Assembly: GCA_964016885.1 (NCBI GenBank)
Contig: OZ024741.1
Coordinates: 367,536,001 to 367,600,000 of the forward strand
Direction: 5' to 3'
From: Eledone cirrhosa
Lineage: Eukaryota
DNA length: 64,000 bases
Below the pieces are notes generated by a model. That model was not told the DNA's origin. It ran no database searches and saw only the letters and a list, made by a program, of their open reading frames with translations. Below, in pieces: positions 1 through 14,990 of the stretch (the first letter of the stretch is position 1; each line of letters opens with the position of its first letter). The position numbers and the translations under genes were made by a program.

Positions 1-160
1 GCTATGTGATGAAATTTACTTTTCCGTTAGAAATTCTCTGAATTTCTAATCTTTTGTAAATGGAAACCGCCGGTAATAGCATTGAGAACAGGTAGATATT
101 TAAATCATTTTTTAATTTATTTAAAGAATTGTTTAATGTTTGTTTGTTCTGCTCATCTCA

Positions 161-265
<105 letters not shown>

Positions 266-319
266 ATTAAATAATATTATATATATATATATATATATAC
301 AATATTAAATAATATTATT

Positions 320-600
320 ATAGCGTAAACCTCTTCAAATGAAGTCGATGTTTATTACGGTATGTCGAATATATTTATCTATAAAACTGCTTATATTGTA
401 TTTTGTCTGATGAAGGCATAGCATATTGTTAATATGATATCCCCGAAATATATATAATGAAATAAATATGGTTTTATAAATATAGTTTTCCATTTATTTA
501 ATATTGTAAATATACTCCAAATATTTGTCGAGTGCTTTTATATCAGTTATAAATATTTACTAGTTGTAACCCAACAATTTTTAAATATAACTTTACATAT
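320..600 (+). mobile_element. Penelope-like element 3' end (pLTR), family A
   Basis: Closely similar to 11985-12225 (TTGAGTGCTTTTATATCAGTTATAAA...GTTGTAACCCAACAATTTT). Contains a hammerhead motif and is flanked by (TA)n. Confidence 0.75.
401..463 (+). ncRNA. Type I hammerhead ribozyme motif (family A)
   Basis: TTTTGT-CTGATGA-[GG..CATATT/AATATG..CC]-GAAA-TATATA-TA-ATGAAA. Core boxes are present and stem III is palindromic. Confidence 0.65.
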
Positions 601-610
601 ATATATACTC

Positions 611-684
<74 letters not shown>

Positions 685-808
685 GAGTAAATATTGATGC
701 AATTCAATTCAAGCACTCAACGTACTTTTTCCACATAGGAGTGACGGAGTAAATATCGAATAAGTAAAAGCGAAGTAGTTTCAGATGTTCAAGTACTTTA
801 ATAATAAT

Positions 809-882
809 GCTGTGATATATATTTCAATGACGCCACTTGCCACATTGTTCTGTGTGCGAGTGTCGTGACATCATCAGACAGC
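809..882 (-). ncRNA. Type I hammerhead ribozyme motif (family B, left arm)
   Basis: Reverse complement of 1840-1913 with a few substitutions. Confidence 0.7.
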
Positions 883-1839
883 TTGTTACATAATAAGGTT
901 ATGTTTCCGAGGCAATCCAAGTTGAATCGACATGGGAACGGACGAAGTGTGTGCTTTTGGGTTCTTCATCCGTTCCCCTGTGAGTACCAATTCACCCCCA
1001 CCGCTCTGCGCAGGCGCATGTCCGAAGGAAGTTGACCATTAGCTACCGCAGATATCAACGAAATTCGCTTAGTCAGTTCACCCTCTCAGCCAAACAATGA
1101 CCCATCTAGGCCTGTACCATAGTTTACTGCTACCCGTCCCGTCTGTGGCAGTCAACCGAAAGCCAGAGGCGATGGGAGAGTGTTAGTTTTTACAGTTCAC
1201 AATACTACCTCTCATCAAGCATGGACAGTACGACTGACCATCAACTCCCAAGAGAAAATATACTTAATTCTAGGTATCATGGATTCTCACTTGAAAAATT
1301 TTTTAATTTCTAATTTGTTAATTTTTTAATTGTTTAATTTATAATTTTTTTAAATTGTTTAATTTACAATTTTTGATTTAGGATTTTAATTTTTATTTCC
1401 AACTCTCACTCATAACTTCCAATGTAAAACCATGATACCTAGAATTAAGTATATTTTCTCTTGGGAGTTGATGGTCAGTCGTACTGTCCATGCTTGGTGA
1501 GAGGTAGTATTGTGAACTGTAAAAACTAACACTCTCCCATCCCCTCTAGCTTTCGGTTGACTGCCACAGACAGTGGTAGCAGTAAACTATGGTACAGGCC
1601 TATGGTACAGGCCTAAATGGGTCATTGTTTGGCTGAGAGGGTGAACTGACTAAGCGAATTTCGTTGATATCTGCGGTAGCTAATGGTCAACTTCCTTCGG
1701 ACATGCGCCTGCGCAGAGCGGTGGGGGTGAATTGGTACTCACAGGGGAACGGATGAAGAACCCAAAAGCACACACTTCGTCCGTTCCCATATCGATTCAA
1801 CTTGGATTGCCTCGGAAACATAACCTTATTATGTAACAA

Positions 1840-1913
1840 GCTGTCTGATGATGTCACGACACTCGCACACAGAACAGTGTGGCCAGTGTCGTCATTGAAA
1901 TATATATCACAGC
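1840..1913 (+). ncRNA. Type I hammerhead ribozyme motif (family B, right arm)
   Basis: GCTGT-CTGATGA-[ACGACACT..AGTGTCGT long stem II]-GAAA-TATATA-TC-ACAGC. Stem I is GCTGT/ACAGC and the cleavage triplet is AUC. Confidence 0.75.
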
Positions 1914-1931
1914 ATTATTATTAAAGGACTA

Positions 1932-2123
1932 AGGCGGTGGATTGGCAGTATCGGTAGAGGATCGGATGCCATGCTTTGAAGCATAGAGTTACCTCCCTGT
2001 ATGATCTGAGTTCAAATCCCGCCGAGGTTAACTTTGCCTTTCATCCTTCCGGGGTCGATAGAATAAAGTACCAGTAATGCATTGGTAATTGCTGGCCTTG
2101 TGCCAAAAGTAGAAACAATTATT
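1932..2123 (+). mobile_element. tRNA-derived SINE (family S1) with target-site duplication
   Basis: A-box-like TGGCAGTATCGG, B-box GAGTTCAAATCC, central GCCTTTCATCCTTCCGGGGTCGATA and 3' GCTGGCCTTGTGCCAAAAGTAGAAAC. ATTATTAAAGGACT is repeated on both sides. Confidence 0.9.
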
Positions 2124-2161
2124 AAAGGACTTGAACATCTGAAACTACTTCGCTTTAACTT

Positions 2162-3475
<1,314 letters not shown>

Positions 3476-3606
3476 GTGAGGTTTTTTTTACAAAATGAAA
3501 AATAACCGAGGTGTCCTACACGAGTGGAAGTATAAAGAAAAAGGGATGAAATCGAAAATGCAACTGAAGTCTTATTTTTTTAAAAAATATATATATTTAT
3601 TTGGTT

Positions 3607-3644
3607 CCTTTACCGGTTTCGCAGTTCTTCTGCTTTTCAAAAGG
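3607..3644 (-). ncRNA. Minimal hammerhead, U3-A8 variant (family D, left arm)
   Basis: Reverse complement of 3714-3751. Confidence 0.7.
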
Positions 3645-3713
3645 TGAGTTGAGATGGAGGGTCTGTGGTTTTTCTCACAGTGAGAAAAACCACAGACCCT
3701 CCATCTCAACTCA

Positions 3714-3751
3714 CCTTTTGAAAAGCAGAAGAACTGCGAAACCGGTAAAGG
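3714..3751 (+). ncRNA. Minimal hammerhead, U3-A8 variant (family D)
   Basis: CCTT-TTGAAAA-GCAG-AAGAA-CTGC-GAAA-CCGG-TA-AAGG. Confidence 0.75.
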
Positions 3752-3820
3752 AACCAAATAAATATATATATTTTTTTAAAAAATAAGACTTCAGTTGCAT
3801 TTTCGATTTCATCCCTTTTT

Positions 3821-3911
<91 letters not shown>

Positions 3912-4284
3912 TACATATATATGTGTATGTGTGCGTATCCGTCTATACATACTCACTTATATATGATATATTTCCATTTCTTTTATTTTCTAACCTTTCA
4001 TCCTTTCCCTTTCTACTTCTTACATTTTTTTAACGATTAAGAAAGATAAAGCAACAAATTTAGGCGCAATTTCCTTCCTCATCCCTATTTTATTTTCTCT
4101 TTCAGTTATTTTTTTCCCAAACTGTGTCGCCAATGTGCAATAGTGTAACCCAGAAACCAAGCATAACCCAAACATACATACATACATACGTACATACGTA
4201 CATACATACATACATACATACATACATACATACATACATACATACATACATACATACATACATACATACATACATACATACATA

Positions 4285-4894
4285 CATGGTGGCTGCCAAC
4301 TCGTTTTCGAGTACAGCCACTACTTTATATCCATGTAGGAGAACTCCTACCGATGCGCTGAACGAGTGTGACTTTTTAGTCCAGACAGCGACTTGAAAAC
4401 TCTGGTACAAACACTACACTTGTGACAATTATTGACACATAGTGCTGGTCCCATGGTACCATGTGACGACAAGTGCAGAGAGATCTCCAGATATAAAGCA
4501 ATGCCTGTGCCGTGAAGCTTTTATAGTGAGCAAAGGCACTGCACAAAGCCAGTCCCACTCTCTTAACCAAGATGATATTTACCAAAAAGAAGAACAAGTC
4601 AACATCATTGGATACCATCAGAGTTGCAGGTGTTATTTCAGAGTTTTCCTTCTCCTACAATTCTGCCTTGACAAAGGCTAAGGGGTCATCTCTCCCGGTG
4701 ATTTTGGATGGCCATTGACTCTTAAGAGCTCCTTTGCCCTTTGACAGGTTTTGTTTTTAGTCCTGCAGGATGTCCAAAGTCACCCTCCTCACCAAGAAAC
4801 CTTGGTAAGGTTGCCAGTTTAGTCGCCAAGGACCCGACCATGAGACAGGTTGTACTGGAATACATGTTACCAGTAGCACCAACTGGTGACCTGA
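4285..4894 (-). mobile_element. Non-autonomous RTE derivative (RTE-N1), full length about 610 bp
   Basis: Starts TCAGGTC and ends GGCAGCCACCATG(TATG)n. Middle part is similar to the RTE 5'UTR at 44735-44960. 3' part encodes a zinc-finger remnant similar to the RTE C-terminus. Confidence 0.85.
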
Positions 4895-5263
4895 CATAAT
4901 ACATACATACATACATATATACATACATACATACATACGTACATACATATGTACATACATACGTACATACGTACATACATATATACGTACATACATACAT
5001 ACATACATACATACATACATACATACATACATACATACATACGTACATAATACATACATACATACATACATACATACATACATACATACATACATACATA
5101 CATACATACGTACATACATGTGTACATACATACGTACATACGTACATACATACATACGTACATACATACATATATACATACATACATACGTACATAATAC
5201 ATACATACATACATACATACATACATACATACATACATACATACATACATACATACATACATA

Positions 5264-5741
5264 CAAGGGCCTTGTTTCAGGGGGGTACCAAGGGACAAGC
5301 CCCCCCCCCCCCCCCCCCTCCCTCCACTTTTTCAAACGTCTATGTTTATTTTTTGTTTATTTGATATAATAAATTCTTTTTAGTTTATTTTTTTATATCT
5401 GAACTTCATTTGAATATATAAAATGTTATTGGTGTAAATAGGGTCCGGGAAAGGCACCATAAGCAATAATAACTGTTTCTACTTTTGGCACAAGGCCAGC
5501 AAATACCCAGTGTATTACTGGTACTTTATTTTATCGACCCCGTAAGGATGAAAGGCAAAGTTAACCTCGGCAGGATTTGAATTCAGAATGGCAAGGGCCG
5601 TAACTCTATGCTGGAAAGCATGGCGTCCGACCCTCTACCGATACTGCCAATCCACCGCCATTAGCAATAATAACATGCTCCTTTAAGAATCAACAAATGT
5701 TGGTTTGTCTCCCTCACATTTTTAAGGCAAACGAGCCCCTG
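5264..5741. mobile_element. Probable MITE with imperfect TIRs, interrupted by a SINE
   Basis: Left end CAAGGGCCTTGTTT; right end reverse complement CAGGGGCTCGTTT. Inserted in (CATA)n. Confidence 0.45.
5465..5662 (-). mobile_element. tRNA-derived SINE S1
   Basis: Reverse complement of 1932-2123. AGCAATAATAAC is duplicated on both sides. Confidence 0.88.
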
Positions 5742-5768
5742 CGTACATACATACTTTACGTACATACT

Positions 5769-5918
5769 TGGTGGCTGCCAACTCGTTTTCGAGTACGGCC
5801 ACTACTTTATATCCATGTAGGAGAACCCCTACCGATGCGCTGAACGAGTGTGACTTTTTAGTCCAGCCAGCGACTTGAAAACTCTGGTACAAACGCTACA
5901 CTTGTGACAATTATTGAC
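5769..5918 (-). mobile_element. RTE-N1 3' fragment (5'-truncated)
   Basis: Matches 4288-4440 and is flanked by (CATA)n. Confidence 0.85.
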
Positions 5919-5995
5919 ATACATACATACATACATACATACATACATACATACATACATACATACATACATACATACATACATACATACGTACA

Positions 5996-6477
5996 CGATG
6001 GCTGCAATCTCTGTTAAGAGTATTACAATCGCTTGTCATATTACAGAAAATGGTACACTTTTAGGCTACGACCAGCGACACGAACCTGTAACATAATCTG
6101 AACAAGCAATGCTTGTGCTTTGACGGTTTTTTAAGTGGGGAAAGGCTTTGCACTCGACCAATCGCACTCTCTGAGCATCGAAACCACTACCCGAAAAAGA
6201 GAACTGGTCAACATCATTGGATGCTTCCGGAGCCGCAGGTTTTTTTCAGAGTTTCCCTTTCTTAGAAAGGTATTGTGACAACAACTGGGGGCCTTTCACT
6301 CCCAGGTGAAAAAAAAAAGTACTATTTGGATAGCCATTGGCTCTGCTGAGTTCCTCCACCCTTTGCCGGGACTTGTATTTCATCCCACAGGGTTGCCGGT
6401 TTAGTCGCCGACGATCCGACCATGGGACAGGTTATACTGGGTCACATGGTACCAGTAACACTCGAGAGCGACCTGAC
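5996..6477 (-). mobile_element. Second non-autonomous RTE derivative (RTE-N2)
   Basis: Same TCAGGTC start, homologous 5'UTR blocks (GTCAACATCATTGGAT, CAGAGTTT), related 3' end GCAGCCATCGTG, and (TATG)n flanks. Confidence 0.75.
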
Positions 6478-6586
6478 ATACATGCATACATTACGTACAT
6501 ACATTACGTACATACGTACATACATACATAAAAGAAATGGGTTATGCTTGGTTTCTGGGTTACTCTATTGCATATTGGCGACTCAG

Positions 6587-6638
<52 letters not shown>

Positions 6639-6715
6639 ATTTGGCAGATGTTAGAGTGTTGGATATTTGCTCCATGAATCTGCGGGGTCGATAAAGAAAC
6701 TGTATATATATATAT

Positions 6716-6852
<137 letters not shown>

Positions 6853-6854
6853 CA

Positions 6855-7048
6855 AGAAAAACCACAAACCCGCCATCTCAATTCTACTTTTGAAAAGCAT
6901 AAGAACTGCGAAACTGGTAAAGGAACAAAATAAATATTCTTAAAAAGACTCCAGTAGCATTTTCGATTTCATCTTTTTTCCTTATACTTTCACTCGTGTA
7001 GGACATCTTTTTTTTTTTCATATTGAAAAAAAACCTCATTTTCTAATA
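6855..7048 (+). mobile_element. PLE pLTR family D copy with slightly degenerate U3-A8 hammerhead (6887-6922)
   Basis: Similar to 3683-3826 plus tail. TTGAAAA...GAAA-CTGG-TA-AAG. Confidence 0.7.
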
Positions 7049-7563
7049 TATATATATATGTATGTGTGTGAAAAGAATGGAGTGCTGCATGGTTGCACAT
7101 GGGTTACATATGAATAAAATTAGTCCTTCATCAGTGATCTTCCAACCTTCATTGTTATTTCATCGCTTTAAAAATCATATACCTCTAGTTGGTGCGAGCA
7201 ATAGCTAAATAAAGCTATTGGGACAAGTAATATAGCCTGAAGCGAGCGAGACATGTAATCAAACAAAGATGGCATTGCAACGGAAAGATATAAAGAAACA
7301 AGTACATGATATCTATTAAGCTTAAGCTTGGTGAATTCATGGACGTGAGAGATATACAGACCATCCGACATGGGTGAGATGTGAGCGAGAAAAGGATTTC
7401 ACACAGATCAAACGGGAGGAAGTGAGAGAGGGGGAGAAACAGAGAGTGAGTGAATGGAAGTATGAGGAAGAGGCCAGTCGAGAGAGATTAAGATGTACTT
7501 TGCAATAGTCACGCATGTATAGTTACCATATATATATATATATATATATATAAAGAGAAAGAT

Positions 7564-7772
7564 GTGAGAAAAACCATAGACCCTCCATCTCAACTCTACT
7601 TTTGAAAAGCAGAAGAACTGCGAAACCGGTAAAGGAACCAAATAAATATATATTTTTTTAAATAAGACTCCAGTTGCATTTTCGACTTCATCTATTTTTT
7701 CTATATACTTTCACTCGTGTAGGACACCTCGGTTATTTTTCATTCTGTAAAAAAAAACCCTCACTTTCTATT
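7564..7772 (+). mobile_element. PLE pLTR family D copy with U3-A8 hammerhead (7599-7634)
   Basis: CTT-TTGAAAA-GCAG..CTGC-GAAA-CCGG-TA-AAG followed by the family tail, in (TA)n. Confidence 0.75.
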
Positions 7773-7796
7773 ATATATATATATAGGAATATACAC

Positions 7797-7920
<124 letters not shown>

Positions 7921-8252
7921 TAACTAGACATGCGTGACTATTGCAAAGCACATCTTAATTAGGCTAATCGAGGCGTTTATTCACTGAGAGAACTTTACAA
8001 CTAATTAGAAACACTCATATATAAATATGTATGTATGTATATCTATATATATATGAATATCTCTCTCTCTGTTTGCCAAAAGAAAGTGAATCATACAAGT
8101 TGTTTAGTTGCTGCTCAATGTATGGCGACTTTCAGTCTTACTTTTCTCTTGATTTTGTTGTTTAACCTCAGCTTCCGTGAATGCTTCTTGCACCTTTGAA
8201 GTTTTTTTAATACTATTTTAGTCCCAGGAATAATATATATATATATATATTT

Positions 8253-8388
8253 GTTTATGCTAATTGGGAGAGGAAATGGTATATATTTTATCTGGTGATT
8301 CTATAGACATGTTTTATGATATATAGCTCTGATTATTTAATTTATTAACTTCTCATTGAGCCACAAAGTGACCCGTTGCAAAACACGT
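8253..8388 (+). mobile_element. PLE family C fragment
   Basis: Matches 3222-3352. Confidence 0.75.
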
Positions 8389-8422
8389 ATATGTATGTAT
8401 ATATATATATATATATATATAT

Positions 8423-9327
8423 GTAAATATCTTTAAGTCGTTTGGAAGCCTCGACAATGCAAATGGGTAAATCTCCGGGTAACAAGATCCGGTGGTGGAG
8501 AGAGAGATGTAAGTGGGTGTATGTTGAGATGCGTGGTGTGTATGAGATGTGTAGAAGAATGAAGGAAAGAGTATAAAGGATAAAATAAAATAACAACACG
8601 AGAGAGAGTTACCTTGGGAGAGATTTAATAGTCCCTATATATTTCGGATTCACATCCATCAACTGGGGGTTTTTCCGGGGTGGGGGAAAGGTTGTCTGTC
8701 GGACAAGTGCGAAACGCGTCCTCCGCTGTTTGTTGTTTTGAATATCTGAGGTATTCGGCAGAGCGCGCGTGCGCGTGAAATGGGGTCGGTTGGGCAGAGG
8801 TCAGCGGCCGAATGAGGGAGTGGGGTGGCGCTAGCTGTCAGTCCATTCTCTACCTGTTTGTTAAATGTTACTGTGTGTGTGTGTGCGTGTGTAGTTGTCT
8901 CGCTTGAGTGTGTGTGTGTGTGAGCGTGTGTTGTTGCCTTGTTCCTCTGTATTGGCAGTGTAGTATGTTCGTATGGTGGAATGCTACTGTGTGTGTGTAC
9001 GTGTGTGTGTGTAGTTGTCTCGTTTGTGTGTGTGTGCTTGTGTTGCTGCATCGTTTGTTAGCTTAAACCAGCCATCTCATTTCGCTTCTCTCTGATCGGT
9101 AGTTTATTTGCGGTTGCAGGCGTTTTATAAAAAGCGCTTCCTTTATACGTAACGTGCCGACGTTTCTTTCAGTCGCTAGAATTGTGACAATGGGCCTTCC
9201 GTCTTTGTTTCCGCATTTGTCTGTGTTTCCGGAAAGACGAGGCCCTGGTTTTAGTGTGTTCCTTGATCCGGATGTGCAAAGGTCGGATTGTACTACCTAT
9301 GTAGTATTGGTTGCACCTGTCACATTC
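8423..9327 (-). mobile_element. 5'-truncated Penelope-like element, family E (GIY-YIG remnant plus 3' region)
   Basis: Minus strand 9327-9064 reads ECDRCNQYYIGSTIRPLHIRIKEH and, after a frameshift, LRIKEALFIKRLQPQINYR. The 3' part matches 12570-12890. Confidence 0.85.
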
Positions 9328-9342
9328 TATATATATATATAT

Positions 9343-10016
<674 letters not shown>

Positions 10017-10058
10017 GATATTAAACAAATGGAAACTACATTTATAAAACCATATTTA

Positions 10059-10120
10059 TTTCATTATATATATTTCAGGGATATCATATCAAAAATATGG
10101 TATGCCCTCTTCAGACAAAA
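10059..10120 (-). ncRNA. Hammerhead motif (family A, inverted arm)
   Basis: Reverse complement of 12035-12096. Confidence 0.65.
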
Positions 10121-10170
10121 TACAATATATAAACAGTTTTATAAATAAATTTGACATACCTTAAACTTTA

Positions 10171-10551
10171 GTTAAAAATATAATATACAACTGTAATGTT
10201 AAAACTGACTTAAATTCTTTTAATTATGTTGGTTCCACCTCGACAGAATTTAAACTTCGCTATAATAATCACAAGAATTCTTTCACGGATCCAAACAAAA
10301 AATCTTCAACTTCACTATCAGGCTTACTCTGGCAACTTAAACATGATAACCTTGGATATTCGATGGTTTGGAATATAATCTCAAGAGGGATTCCTTTTAA
10401 TTCCTCTTCTGAGACATGTGACCTCTGCGCGGAGGAGATATTCTTTATACTAAAATCTAAAAATTCCCTTAATCTACGGACCAATTTATTCAGTTGCTGC
10501 AGACATAGATTGAACTCAACTTTTAAATATAAATATAAATTTAAAATGTAG
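10171..10551 (+). pseudogene. PLE GIY-YIG endonuclease domain (uninterrupted frame, no start, 5'-truncated)
   Basis: KNIIYNCNVKTDLNSFNYVGSTSTEFKLRYNNHKNSF...LWQLK...CDLCAEE...LNLRTNLFSCCRHR. Confidence 0.85.
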
Positions 10552-11691
10552 TATATTTACTTAAGATATTTAGTTATTTATTTATGAAACTTGGCGATAA
10601 ATCTTTCGATTCCTTCAATTTTTTAAACCTTCTTCATGAGTATATAATTAATGATGTAATTAAACTACCTTAAAATGGTGATGCTCCCAATCTATTGAAT
10701 AAATTTTAAACTAGATAAACTTCTATAATAAATATAAGAGCATCTGTAGAACAACTGGGTATCCTAAATTTTTTGAATGATTTCTGCTAAATAAGTTTTG
10801 TTGAATAATTTTGGTTTTGTTTGCTTTTGATTCTGATTGCTTCTAATGAACCTGGCAATATATTGTCAAATAAATTGGAAGGGTTGATTTCTGTGGTTGA
10901 TATGCGGGGCACACTGTGTTTTCTTACGGCCCTAGATACTCTGGGGAGTGAAATATTCTTGGCGTTTTTAATATATTGATATCTGTTGTCTATTCTATGC
11001 TTGAACGATAATCATGTAAGAGAGGGCAAGAATATTATTATTAATAATGTATATTTTATGTATATATATATGTATGTACATATATGTATGGTAGAATCTT
11101 TTGTAACGCAATGAAGATTTTCATGTGAAATAAGAATTTACAGAGCTGATCACGTAAACTCACATGTGTGTCTATAATGTCAACTTGAATTTGAGATAAC
11201 CTTCTCTTTTTTCTTTCTCTTTTCTCTTTTTCTTTTTTCATGAAAATACATATATACTTATGTATTTCAGTAGTTTTTTGAAGTTTTATCTCAGATTTTG
11301 ATTATAAACCTAAGAATTTTTAAACTAAACATATAGTCATTATTTTTTCACACATTATTGATATGTGTCTCATTCATGAATATTGATATTTACATTATAA
11401 TACCTAATTCATATGAATTGATAAACTGATAAAACATAATATTTTAAATCTATCATTTTTCTTTCTGAATATATCTCTTCTCCTCCTCCCTCTACACTTG
11501 ACGGGACTTATGTATCGGCTGATTTAACTCTACCTCCTGTATTTCACCCCTCCCCTATCTCTCCCACCTCGTATAATAGATATTACTCGATCTACCTCTT
11601 TTCTTCCACCACCTATATCTCTCTCTACCTCTCTTTATTTATTTTTATTTTTATTTATTTTTATTTCTCTCCGTATCCTTAACACTATAAC

Positions 11692-11728
<37 letters not shown>

Positions 11729-12034
11729 ACAATACCCCCTTCCCTCCTAAATCTCTCATTTGTACGCTATTCATCTGTGCCCCAGCTGCCTATCATATTT
11801 CTCTCTCCCATATCTCTCTCTCTATCTCGCTCTGTTGTTTTTCTTTACATACATTTCTTCATTTTCTTCGTCTTCCTCTCTAACTGTCCTTAGCACTATA
11901 CACTTTCTTTCTTTTTCTCTTCGTCTTTCTTTCTAACTGTCCTTAACATTTTCACTACCAAAACAACTTTTTAAATGGAAGTTGTAAAGTTTAAGGTATG
12001 TCAAATTTATTTATAAAACTGTTTATATATTGTA

Positions 12035-12096
12035 TTTTGTCTGAAGAGGGCATACCATATTTTTAATATGATATCCCTGAAATATATATAATGAAA
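12035..12096 (+). ncRNA. Type I hammerhead motif (family A)
   Basis: TTTTGT-CTGAAGA-GGG..CCC-T-GAAA-TATATA-TA-ATGAAA. Confidence 0.7.
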
Positions 12097-12226
12097 TAAA
12101 TATGGTTTTATAAATGTAGTTTCCATTTGTTTAATATCGTAAATATACTCCAAAACTTGTTGAGTGCTTTTATATCAGTTATAAAATATTTACTCGTTGT
12201 AACCCAACAATTTTAAATAAAACTTT

Positions 12227-12282
<56 letters not shown>

Positions 12283-12284
<2 letters not shown>

Positions 12285-12925
12285 AATATCTTTAAGTCGT
12301 TTGGAAGCCTCGACAATGCAAATGGGTAAATCTCCGAGTAACAAGGTCCGGTGGTGGAGAGAGAGATGTAAGTGGGTGTACGTTGAGATGCGTGGTGTGT
12401 ATAAGATGTGTAGAATGAAGGGAAGAGTATAAAGGATAAAATAAAAATAACAACACAAGAGAGAGTTACCTTGGGAGAGATTTAATAGTCCCTATATATT
12501 TCGGATTCACATCCATCAACTGGGGCTTTTTCCGGGGTGGGGGAAAAGGTTGTCTGTCGGATATTCAAAACAACAAACAGCGAAGGACGCGTTCCGGACT
12601 TGTCCGACAGACAACCTTTTCCCCCACCCCGGAAAAACCCCAGTTGATGGATGTGAATCCGAAATATATAGGGACTATTAAATCTCTCCCAAGGTAACTC
12701 TCTCTTGTGTTGTTATTTTTATTTTATCCTTTATACTCTTCCCTTCATTCTACACATCTCACACATCTTATACACACCACGCATCTCAACGTACACCCAC
12801 TTACATCTCTCTCTCCACCACCGGACCTTGTTACCCGGAGATTTACCCATTTGCATTGTCGAGGCTTCCAAACGACTTAAAGATATTTACTTATTGTTCC
12901 ACAATGCTTCAAGCAAACTTCAATA

Positions 12926-12930
<5 letters not shown>
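12283..12930. mobile_element. Fold-back PLE family E (arms 12283-12561 and 12603-12890, 40-nt tail to 12930)
   Basis: The arms are reverse complements of the same family as 8423-8750. (TA)n flanks. Confidence 0.8.
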
Positions 12931-13002
<72 letters not shown>

Positions 13003-13009
13003 CTATACA

Positions 13010-13064
<55 letters not shown>

Positions 13065-13069
13065 TTTGT

Positions 13070-14085
13070 TTTGAATTTGTTTTGCAAGATTTCTTATCTA
13101 AAAACCTGTGTTGAAACAGATATTGTTATACTTTGGGAGGGTCATGCGGCCACTAAAAACAAACGCACTTGGTTTTCACTTCAATTTATTATAAATTTCC
13201 GGTTAGTTGGTTCGATAACCAGATGGTTGTTTATATATTGTCAAAGCTCTTTCGTCACACATTCTGTGCCCTACTCAGTGACTGGATTTTTATTTTGAGT
13301 CTCTCCTTTGTTCTGTCCTACACTATCTTATTTTTGTGTGTTGTGGTTGTGTTCTTAGTTTGCGCATGTGTTTCATCCGTGTGTGTGTGGTTTTTTTTTG
13401 TAATTTATTCATGTGTTTATTTACTTGTCACTAGTTGGTTGTTGGTTGTATATATATGCCTGCTGGCATTTAATGTCCGAAAAGGTTTTAGATACTGCCA
13501 TTGTTTTCTGTCGCACCACATTTGCCATGGTACTTGGAGACTAGAGCCGAATGCTACCATTCTTTTGTGCAGCGATTCGAGACAGAATTTTCTCTAATAG
13601 CCGATTTTTCATTCACTTGTTAATTTGTGTTTGACTTGAGATATGTTGGTCGACTCCTAACCATCACGTAAATTTCTGAACCAGTAGCCAATCGGTTGAC
13701 GGTATTTTGATGACGCGGAGGTATTTCAGTTACTGCTGTACTACTGTATCGCCTGTCGCATTTACTGACAGGGACGACACAGACTGGAATCGAAACCTGT
13801 CGATCAATTGGTTATTGATTGGGTGAGACCCGCTGGTGAAGCCACATGCGCCGCTTGTGCATTATTACATGATAAATGTAAACAACAGATGCTGTACGGT
13901 CTCTTGCTGCATTAAGTGTGGCCGAAACTTGAGTACGGGTATAAATTCATGGTACCCATTTATCTGTGTTGTATTGAGGCAAATAACGTTGTGTCTACTC
14001 TGGGATTTATACATAAGCTTACCTATTGAGTACGCTGAGATGCAACAGGTACTAGCAGGGAAACCTTATGTTAGTCCTGTTAACC
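13070..14085 (-). mobile_element. Old degenerate PLE (GIY-YIG remnant)
   Basis: Frameshifted minus-strand remnants SVVY..SCNN, KSAIRE and TLNASR. Decayed hammerhead-like CTGAGTAG..GAAAGAGCT near 13245-13282. Confidence 0.4.
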
Positions 14086-14088
14086 TCT

Positions 14089-14150
<62 letters not shown>

Positions 14151-14151
14151 G

Positions 14152-14189
<38 letters not shown>

Positions 14190-14892
14190 GTATGTATGTA
14201 TAATCCTTTCCATGTTCTTGTAGAGACTGTTTGTATGTTTGTACGTGTGTGTCTGTGTGTGTCTGTGTGTGTGTCTCTGTGTGTGTGTGTGATATGAAGC
14301 GATCTAGCTGAAACTTCGAAGTCCCTGGCGCTTTCCTCTTCATACGCTACAGGCACGTAATGAGGGCTCATTCCGTTAATATTTAAATGATTTTATGTAC
14401 AACAGTATTTAAAACACTTATTCCAATAAATATAGATATAATTATACATTTTAAGGTCGTAAATAATCTAGAGTTATCCAAAACAAACAGGAGAAAAATA
14501 GCGTGACTGCTAGAATAGATAGGGAGAGAAAATTCTTTCAACTCATAAATAAATTGATCGATATGATAGTATTTCGTGGAAGATATTAGTTTATAATTAT
14601 CTGAGTTATACGTAAAGCTGATTGATTGAACACCACTGTGATCTAATTAAATATTTATAGACAACAGCTCAAGAAATCAGGTATACCACCTAGCGCCTCT
14701 TGTGTATCAATATTCAGTATTGCTGAGCAAAGGTTAAAATGGCGTCACCTCTGATTGCGTGCGAGGAAAATGTCTAAGGCTGATGTGATAATCTAAATTG
14801 AAGATTGGAGATTTGCCGGTAGTGCTGTAGCTGAATATATTAGTCATTCGTTGAATTTGGCATTAATTTCTGCTTGTTTTTGATTATATATA

Positions 14893-14990
<98 letters not shown>

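Larger units (their letters stand above)
688..2166. mobile_element. Fold-back Penelope-like element, family B (arms about 760-1295 and 1425-2166; the tail-bearing copy is on the minus strand)
   Basis: The arms are reverse complements over about 500 bp. Each carries a hammerhead, and both ends abut (TA)n. The tail at 688-755 matches 33220-33290. Confidence 0.8.
3468..3826. mobile_element. Fold-back PLE pLTR family D (near-perfect palindrome centred at about 3679)
   Basis: 3533-3678 and 3680-3826 are reverse complements. An extra tail lies at 3468-3532. Flanked by (TA)n. Confidence 0.8.

Noticed and set aside
3572-3786. Near-identical 61-aa ORFs on both strands
   Set aside because: A consequence of the palindrome; the sequence is a non-coding pLTR.
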